Of a DNA stretch of 43,425 nt, positions 38,534 through 43,425 are shown one piece after another. The notes under the pieces are model-generated. The model worked only from the letters and a program-made list of their open reading frames with translations. It did not search any database and was not told where the DNA came from. How positions within the stretch are numbered: position 1 is the first letter of the stretch; each line of letters opens with the position of its first letter. This stretch comes from Candidatus Micrarchaeaceae archaeon (lineage in GTDB: Archaea; Micrarchaeota; Micrarchaeia; Micrarchaeales; CABMGC01), in assembly GCA_038877255.1 (NCBI GenBank), contig JAVYWZ010000006.1:1-43425 (forward strand), written 5' to 3'. A program made the translations under genes and the position numbers.

Positions 38534-39375
38534 TGCAAAAAAGGCAAAAAGAGGCGCTTGTAAGAAGCCTTAAAGAAGGTATTGCAAAGAGCAAAACAGT
38601 TGCAATAATGCCTATAAATGGCATGCCAGATGCGCTCTTGCAAAAGGTGCGCAACCAGCTTAGAGACAGTTCAAAAATCATAGTTACAAGGAAAACATTG
38701 CTTTCGCGAGTACTGATCGGCAATTTAAGCCCACTTGCTGAGAGCATGCAGGGAAACGTGGCGCTTGTTCTAAGCGACCTTAGCCCGTTCGAATTGCATA
38801 AGAGAGCCAGCGCCAACAAGCTAGAGCTTATTGCCAAGCCCGGCCAAACGGCCCAAAATGACATAGTTATAAAGGCAGGCGAAACCAGCGTTGCGCCAGG
38901 CCAGTCCGTTACAGAGCTTAAAGCCGCAGGCATAGACGTGCAGATACAGAAAAACAAGGTAGTGATCGCGAAGGACAAGGTAGCAGTAGAAGCAGGCAAG
39001 CGTGTAAGCTCAGTTATAGCAAACGCGCTCAAAATACTCGGAATAAAGCCGTTTTTGGTAAGCGCCACAATAAGTGCGGCTTACTCTGAAAACGTACTTT
39101 TCAGCAGACAGGCTCTCAGCATTGATGAGGCATTCGCAACAAATGAAATAGCGAAGTCTTTTGCGGAGGCAAACAGCCTAAGCATAGGCATAGGCTTTGT
39201 CACGCAGTACAATGCAGGCTATTTTATAAGCAAGGCACATGCCGAGGCGCTCGCACTAGGCATTGCGGCTAAGGTTCCAGAACCAGAGATCACGAAGCTG
39301 CTTTTGGCTGGCGCAGCGGCACAAGCCAATAAGATTAATTCGGCGATAGGTAATTCCCCTTCGGCAAGCGCATGA
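38530..39375 (+). CDS. rpl10: 50S ribosomal protein uL10 (P0)
   Basis: LLQKVRNQLR, AKPG…DIVIKAGET…PG and LKILGIKP; follows rpl1. Confidence 0.93.
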   Translation: MMQKRQKEALVRSLKEGIAKSKTVAIMPINGMPDALLQKVRNQLRDSSKIIVTRKTLLSRVLIGNLSPLAESMQGNVALVLSDLSPFELHKRASANKLELIAKPGQTAQNDIVIKAGETSVAPGQSVTELKAAGIDVQIQKNKVVIAKDKVAVEAGKRVSSVIANALKILGIKPFLVSATISAAYSENVLFSRQALSIDEAFATNEIAKSFAEANSLSIGIGFVTQYNAGYFISKAHAEALALGIAAKVPEPEITKLLLAGAAAQANKINSAIGNSPSASA

Positions 39376-39388
39376 ATCGAGCAAAGAT

Positions 39389-39396
39389 ATTTATAG
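39389..39396 (+). promoter_or_regulatory. TATA box with upstream purine-rich BRE-like bases, ahead of the omega-RNA-like element
   Basis: GCAAAGATATTTATAG lies ~22-25 nt upstream of the first hairpin, the same spacing seen for tRNA genes in this window. Confidence 0.55.
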
Positions 39397-39416
39397 TCAT
39401 GCTAAATAATAGTATT

Positions 39417-39559
39417 GTCGGAAACGGCTAGCCTGCGGACGCAGGTTAAACGCTCGCAGAGGATTATGCCTCTGACATAAGCAAGCATGTTTATTGAAGC
39501 GAGAAGCTCCAAACAAGCAGACGTGGCGTAAGCTAAGTCTGTAAGTCGGGGTAGTTAAC
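39417..39559 (+). ncRNA. Orphan TnpB omega-RNA-like scaffold (element 2) between rpl10 and rpl12
   Basis: GGCTA-GCCTGC/GCAGGT hairpin, then AAACGCTCGCAGAG..CCTCTG..GCAAG..TGAAGCGAGAAGCTCC..CAGAC/GTCTG..GGGGTAGTTAAC. CTCGC pairs with GCGAG and GGCTA pairs with TAGTT. Confidence 0.72.
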
Positions 39560-39646
39560 TAATGTTGCCGCAAAGCAATAATGCAAATACTATTGGCGTA
39601 GAACCAGCGCCAAGCAGCAATGATGTTAAAACATGAAAAGGTGAAA

Positions 39647-39949
39647 ATGATGGAATACATATATGCAGCACTCTTGCTCGATTCGCTGGGCAAGGAAGTA
39701 AGTGAGGAAAACCTCAAGAAAGTCGTTGAGGCAGCGGGCCAAAAGCCCGATGAAGCAATGGTCAAATCTGTTGTTAACTCGCTAAAGGGCGTTAATATAA
39801 AAGAAGTTATAAAGAACGCCCAAGTGCAGCAGGTACAGCCTGCGGCAGCTCCTGCGGCAGGAGCCCAACAGGAAAAGAAAGAGGAGAAAAAAGAGGAAAA
39901 GAAGAGCGAGGAAGAGGCAGTAGGAGGCCTAGCAAGCCTATTTGGCTGA
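39647..39949 (+). CDS. rpl12: 50S ribosomal protein P1 (L12p)
   Basis: [10 protein letters not shown]…acidic hinge…GLASLFG. Confidence 0.97.
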   Translation: MMEYIYAALLLDSLGKEVSEENLKKVVEAAGQKPDEAMVKSVVNSLKGVNIKEVIKNAQVQQVQPAAAPAAGAQQEKKEEKKEEKKSEEEAVGGLASLFG

Positions 39950-40073
39950 GCAGCAACGAAACAAGTAGTAAATCAACGAACATCACGAAAACAATTAAAG
40001 GCGTTCTTTACACTATTATAAAAGTGAGCGGTAAACTCTATCATTCAGATAGTGAATGTTTTAGTGTGATATA

Positions 40074-40445
40074 ATGCAGGTATATGTAGAAAAAGAACAT
40101 TGCACTGGTTGCCAGCACTGCAAGGACGTTTGTCCTGTTGCAGTCTTCGAAATGAAGCCCAGAAAAATAAACGGAGCTATAAATCCTGATGTTAATACAG
40201 ACAAGGCACCGCCAGAGCATCAGTGGACTGGCAAGGTGGACCAGGCATCTTACAATAAATGGATTAATGTGCAAGACGGTCACAGGCATTTTGCCGATGA
40301 CAACGACGGTACAAGTGGCGGCATATCTGTGGCTGTAAATGGCGAAGCGTGCATACTCTGCCAGGCATGCCTTATTGAATGCGAAGGAGAAGACATTGTC
40401 ATAACCGATGACAGCGGCAACGTGTATAGGGCTATTTACAAGTAA
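40074..40445 (+). CDS. 4Fe-4S dicluster ferredoxin with a long inter-cluster insertion
   Basis: Cluster motifs CTGCQHCKDVCP and CILCQACLIEC. Confidence 0.85.
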   Translation: MQVYVEKEHCTGCQHCKDVCPVAVFEMKPRKINGAINPDVNTDKAPPEHQWTGKVDQASYNKWINVQDGHRHFADDNDGTSGGISVAVNGEACILCQACLIECEGEDIVITDDSGNVYRAIYK

Positions 40446-40588
40446 CGTTCTATTGCTAATAACGTCTGCAAACAAAATACAAGGATTGCTACTACGAACA
40501 GGCGCTCGAAACGCTTGCGTTTGTAGCTTTGTTCTTGTTTTTCTTGTTCTTCTTGTTGTTCTTGTTTTGCCTTTATGCCGTCTATTGC

Positions 40589-41293
40589 TTATTGCTGGGA
40601 AAACTCCCTGATATGCCTTTGCCTTATCTGCTTTATTGTCTGCCATTTCTGCCTTATATATGCTTGAAGCTCTTTGTTGTCCAAATTTTCCTTTAGCGCA
40701 CTTATCGTGAAATGATCTGAAGGATAACCAGAGCCGATATTCAGGCCAAGCTCCTGTGTCATTCTTTCTATTTCCCTATCTCTAATTACCTTTGAGATTA
40801 TGCTAGATGCAGACACTACCGGGTATTTCACGTCAGCCTTGTGTTCAGCAGTAACCCTTATAGTGCTTGCGCTCTCATGCGTGTTTTTTGCTTTTGCTCT
40901 GGCAGTGATTAGTTGTTTCTTGGAGAACATGCCTATACGCACGCCAAACCGCCATGGCAGCACGTCAGGCGAGTCTATATACAACTTCTTTACATCACTG
41001 TTTAAAGCGTCAACGAGCTTTGCGAAATGCAAAGCTTCAAGCTCGTTTAGCGATATGCCGCTCTGCATGTTTGCATTTATTTCCTCGTTGCTTATCATAT
41101 AGTAAACTACTTCTTCTGCTGTGTTATATATTTCATCAAAAAGGAACTCTCGCTGTCTTTTTGTTAGTTGCTTGGAATCTCTTACCCCTATTTCAGCGAG
41201 CCGTTTCTCTCGATCTTTACCTATGACTACAAGGCTCACTACAAGCGGGCCAAGCACGGCACCTCTGCCTGCCTCGTCGCCCCCTGCAATCAT
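40589..41293 (-). CDS. rnhB: Ribonuclease HII
   Basis: Motifs GGDEAGRGAVLGP, RDSK, EHKAD, VVSASSIISK and GSGYPSD. Confidence 0.96.
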   Translation of the reverse strand: MIAGGDEAGRGAVLGPLVVSLVVIGKDREKRLAEIGVRDSKQLTKRQREFLFDEIYNTAEEVVYYMISNEEINANMQSGISLNELEALHFAKLVDALNSDVKKLYIDSPDVLPWRFGVRIGMFSKKQLITARAKAKNTHESASTIRVTAEHKADVKYPVVSASSIISKVIRDREIERMTQELGLNIGSGYPSDHFTISALKENLDNKELQAYIRQKWQTIKQIRQRHIREFSQQ

Positions 41294-41382
41294 CACAAAA
41301 ACACCAATAAACATTATCAATAAAGTCTTTTATTAGTGAGCGCAAGAGGCAAAAGAATAAAATTAAAATAAAATTAGAAAGA

Positions 41383-41637
41383 TTAGCTTAGGTTTTTCCT
41401 ATCAACCATTATGTAATCATTTACCGCTATTACGCTATCGTACGAAACGTGGAGCTTGCCATCTTTTATTTCAAGCTTTTTCACAAAATCGCTATCGGGA
41501 TTTGGCTCCACTACAAGCGTAGTGAGCTTGCCAGTAACTTCGTTAAGCTCAGCATCAAGGAATTTCCCAATGTCCATGCCATCAGAAGTTACAACCTCTT
41601 TCCCAATAAGCTGTTCAGCAATTACATACTTTACCAT
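41383..41637 (-). CDS. PRC-barrel domain protein (CdpB-like)
   Basis: LIGKEVVTSDGMDIG…TGKL…VIAVNDYIMV. Confidence 0.85.
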   Translation of the reverse strand: MVKYVIAEQLIGKEVVTSDGMDIGKFLDAELNEVTGKLTTLVVEPNPDSDFVKKLEIKDGKLHVSYDSVIAVNDYIMVDRKNLS

Positions 41638-41726
41638 TTTATCACCGGTGCCTCCTTATTTAATACCACAAAAGGTTTATTAATGTTTTTTATACTCTGT
41701 GTTTTTGAAATTCAGGGATTTATAAG

Positions 41727-42143
41727 TCAAACCACTTCAACAATTGCCTTTTTCTTTACTGCGTTAAGCACGTGGCCATAGTCGCGATAGTGTATGAAAG
41801 CAGTAAGCGAGAGCGTATATTCGCCTTTGTCAGTACCAGCATCGCCATAAATGTCTATGCTTGTCTGCTTCTCCTCGTTAGGCGCAATCTGGCCAAGCCT
41901 AACCTCTTTCTCCTTTGATATGCCAGTTTCATCTAGGCTTAGGCCCTTCGGCACTTCTACAACAACCGAGCTAAGCGTCGGCTCAGCTGTCAAATTCTTT
42001 AGGCTGATGAACATGCGCAGAGAATTCTTCTGGTTTGCATAAAGCCTGTACGGAACAAACTCAGTAGAAATCCTGTACGGCACAGCTTTCGTAAGCTCCT
42101 CGGCAGCGTTCTTCTTTCCAAAAAGGCCAAACAACTTAACCAT
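41727..42143 (-). CDS. Hypothetical protein with an Ig-like beta-sandwich pattern
   Basis: ISLKN…VPKGLS…LGQIAPNEEK…GEYTLSL pattern. Confidence 0.65.
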   Translation of the reverse strand: MVKLFGLFGKKNAAEELTKAVPYRISTEFVPYRLYANQKNSLRMFISLKNLTAEPTLSSVVVEVPKGLSLDETGISKEKEVRLGQIAPNEEKQTSIDIYGDAGTDKGEYTLSLTAFIHYRDYGHVLNAVKKKAIVEVV

Positions 42144-42224
42144 ATAATCAAATTACATAATTCACTAAATTATTTAACGCTTGCTGAGCAGCATGTTTTG
42201 CTCTGCATATGCGTTCAAATGCAT

Positions 42225-42494
42225 CTATTCTTTTATCGACTCAAGGAGGCTCAGCAAGTTCCATATTACGGTTCGCGCATACGGCGGCAAGTTTACATCG
42301 TTGCTTACCTCATCTATCTGGTATATTGCTGTTGATGCGCGCACAGTATAGCTGTCTTCCTGCTTCTGTAAGGATTTCTTTGCAAGGTCAAGCGCGCTCT
42401 TAACATTCTTAGGCACGCTGTTGTCGCCAAGAAGTATGTCTATTTGCTGTTTTGCCTGTTCCACGATTTCATCAAATTTTGCATTGTTGTTCAT
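42225..42494 (-). CDS. UPF0147 family protein
   Basis: DNSVPKNVK…DEVSNDVNLPPYARTVIWNLLSLLE. Confidence 0.9.
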   Translation of the reverse strand: MNNNAKFDEIVEQAKQQIDILLGDNSVPKNVKSALDLAKKSLQKQEDSYTVRASTAIYQIDEVSNDVNLPPYARTVIWNLLSLLESIKE

Positions 42495-42510
42495 AATCTC
42501 ACCTTTTAAT

Positions 42511-42614
42511 CGGGCCCGGTGGGATTTGCATAAGCAAACACAAGCCTGCTTATTTTGAACCCACGGCCATCAGCTTAGAAGGCTGCCGCTCTGTCCAAGC
42601 TGAGCTACGGACCC
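42511..42614 (-). tRNA. tRNA-Arg(TCT) with a 29-nt T-loop intron (position 59/60; 42525-42553)
   Basis: Minus strand GGGTCCG…GCAGC-CTTCTAA-GCTGA…GTGGG-TTCAAA[ATAAGCAGGCTTGTGTTTGCTTATGCAAA]T-CCCAC-CGGGCCC-G. Confidence 0.9.
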
Positions 42615-42620
42615 TCTTTA

Positions 42621-43343
42621 TTATATGCCAAAGAGGTTTCTAATAGTTTGCGCTATCCCGTTAGCAACGGCTTCTTTATCGAGATTTTTGATCTTTGCAA
42701 TTTCATCTACTAATTTAACAATCTCTGCCGGAGATTTTCCCGCCACTGGCGAGTCAGTCTCAACAGCGATGTTATTAATGTCGAGCAAGCTTATAATCTT
42801 TTTCCTTCTTTTATCAAGAAACGGCGGCACAGAAATAATATAGCCTTCGTCAGCAAGTTCCTTTGCCTGTGCCTCATTGCCTTCGAAAAAATGAAACATC
42901 GCTTTGGCAGGCCTTTCCTTATGCACTATCTCAATTACTCTGTCAATGGTTCCGCGCGAGTGTACAACGATAGGCAAACCTAGCCCGTTTGCCACTTCTA
43001 TCTGCTTTGTAAACACGCTTTCCTGCGAGTGCATGTTGCAAATCCCAGAATCTGCTGTATGCACATCAAGTCCTATCTCGCCTATTCCCACTACTCTCTT
43101 TTTGTTTGCAAGAGCAATCTGCTTTATTTCGTTTACAAACGGCGCGTCTTTGCAAGCGAAGTCAGGGCCTATGCCTATTGTTGCAAATACATATTTCATA
43201 TCTGCTAGCGAAATGCATTCAGCACAGTCTTTTGCGCTGTCTCCTGAACAGACAAGCACGCTAACTCCAGATGCTGCTGAATCAATTATTGTCTTTTTTG
43301 GTTCGCTAAACAAGTTCAAGTGGCAGTGTGCGTCTATGTACAT
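42621..43343 (-). CDS. tatD: TatD family deoxyribonuclease
   Basis: Motifs IDAHCHL, IGEIGLD, VHSR, MFHFF and ETDSP. Confidence 0.9.
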   Translation of the reverse strand: MYIDAHCHLNLFSEPKKTIIDSAASGVSVLVCSGDSAKDCAECISLADMKYVFATIGIGPDFACKDAPFVNEIKQIALANKKRVVGIGEIGLDVHTADSGICNMHSQESVFTKQIEVANGLGLPIVVHSRGTIDRVIEIVHKERPAKAMFHFFEGNEAQAKELADEGYIISVPPFLDKRRKKIISLLDINNIAVETDSPVAGKSPAEIVKLVDEIAKIKNLDKEAVANGIAQTIRNLFGI

Positions 43344-43381
43344 TTTTGCACCATTTTTGCACCATTTATGCACCATTTATG
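43341..43381. repeat. 11-bp tandem repeat (about 3.7 copies) covering the tatD start region
   Basis: CATTTTTGCAC CATTTTTGCAC CATTTATGCAC CATTTATG. Confidence 0.85.
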
Positions 43382-43425
43382 TATTATTGCAAACAGGCTT
43401 TTGGAAGAGCCAGTAAACGCCATTG

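Noticed and set aside
39408..39612. RNase P RNA or SRP RNA as the identity of the rpl10-rpl12 structured region
   Set aside because: Neither strand has the GAGGAAAGUCC/AACAGAA conserved regions or the SRP helix-8 motif. The motif order fits a TnpB omega-RNA instead.
951..43416. Numerous antisense and overlapping ORFs in the ORF track (e.g. 15932-16567, 37894-38481, 40041-40646)
   Set aside because: They are shadows of well-supported genes on the opposite strand and carry no independent motifs.
1..43425. CRISPR array, cas genes, integrase or transposase genes
   Set aside because: No regularly spaced repeats, and no ORF with Cas, tyrosine-recombinase, TnpA or TnpB motifs was seen.

Overview
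Archaeal genomic window, most likely from a Micrarchaeota (ARMAN-like, DPANN) organism. This is inferred from archaeal information-processing genes together with DNA gyrase, intron-rich tRNAs including a T-loop intron, and class III signal-peptide proteins. Housekeeping content includes gyrB-gyrA, TFE, GINS-eL42-aIF2alpha-PAC2, EF-1beta, EF-1alpha-uS10, MetRS, uL1-uL10-P1, RNase HII, TatD and six tRNAs, four of them with introns. A compact cluster encodes the archaeal modified mevalonate pathway (HMGR, IPK, UbiD-type AMP decarboxylase, two-subunit phosphomevalonate dehydratase, MVK) plus a type 1 IDI, followed by DHS and a bacterial-type MetK. An accessory island after tRNA-Arg(GCG) (about 12.0-17.9 kb) carries tRNA-derived att-like repeats, pseudogenes, a methyltransferase and a SerRS homolog with a remodelled amino-acid pocket. 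The most striking unannotated signal is four mutually divergent orphan elements with the layout of IS200/IS605 TnpB omega-RNAs (about 745-844 minus, 22097-22203 plus, 24311-24420 minus, 39417-39559 plus). No tnpB or tnpA gene is present in the window, and the best-preserved element sits inside the ribosomal stalk operon behind its own TATA box. Two core genes (uS10 and TFE) appear to start at non-canonical codons (ACG and CTG). All calls are by-eye motif recognition; no database searches were run.
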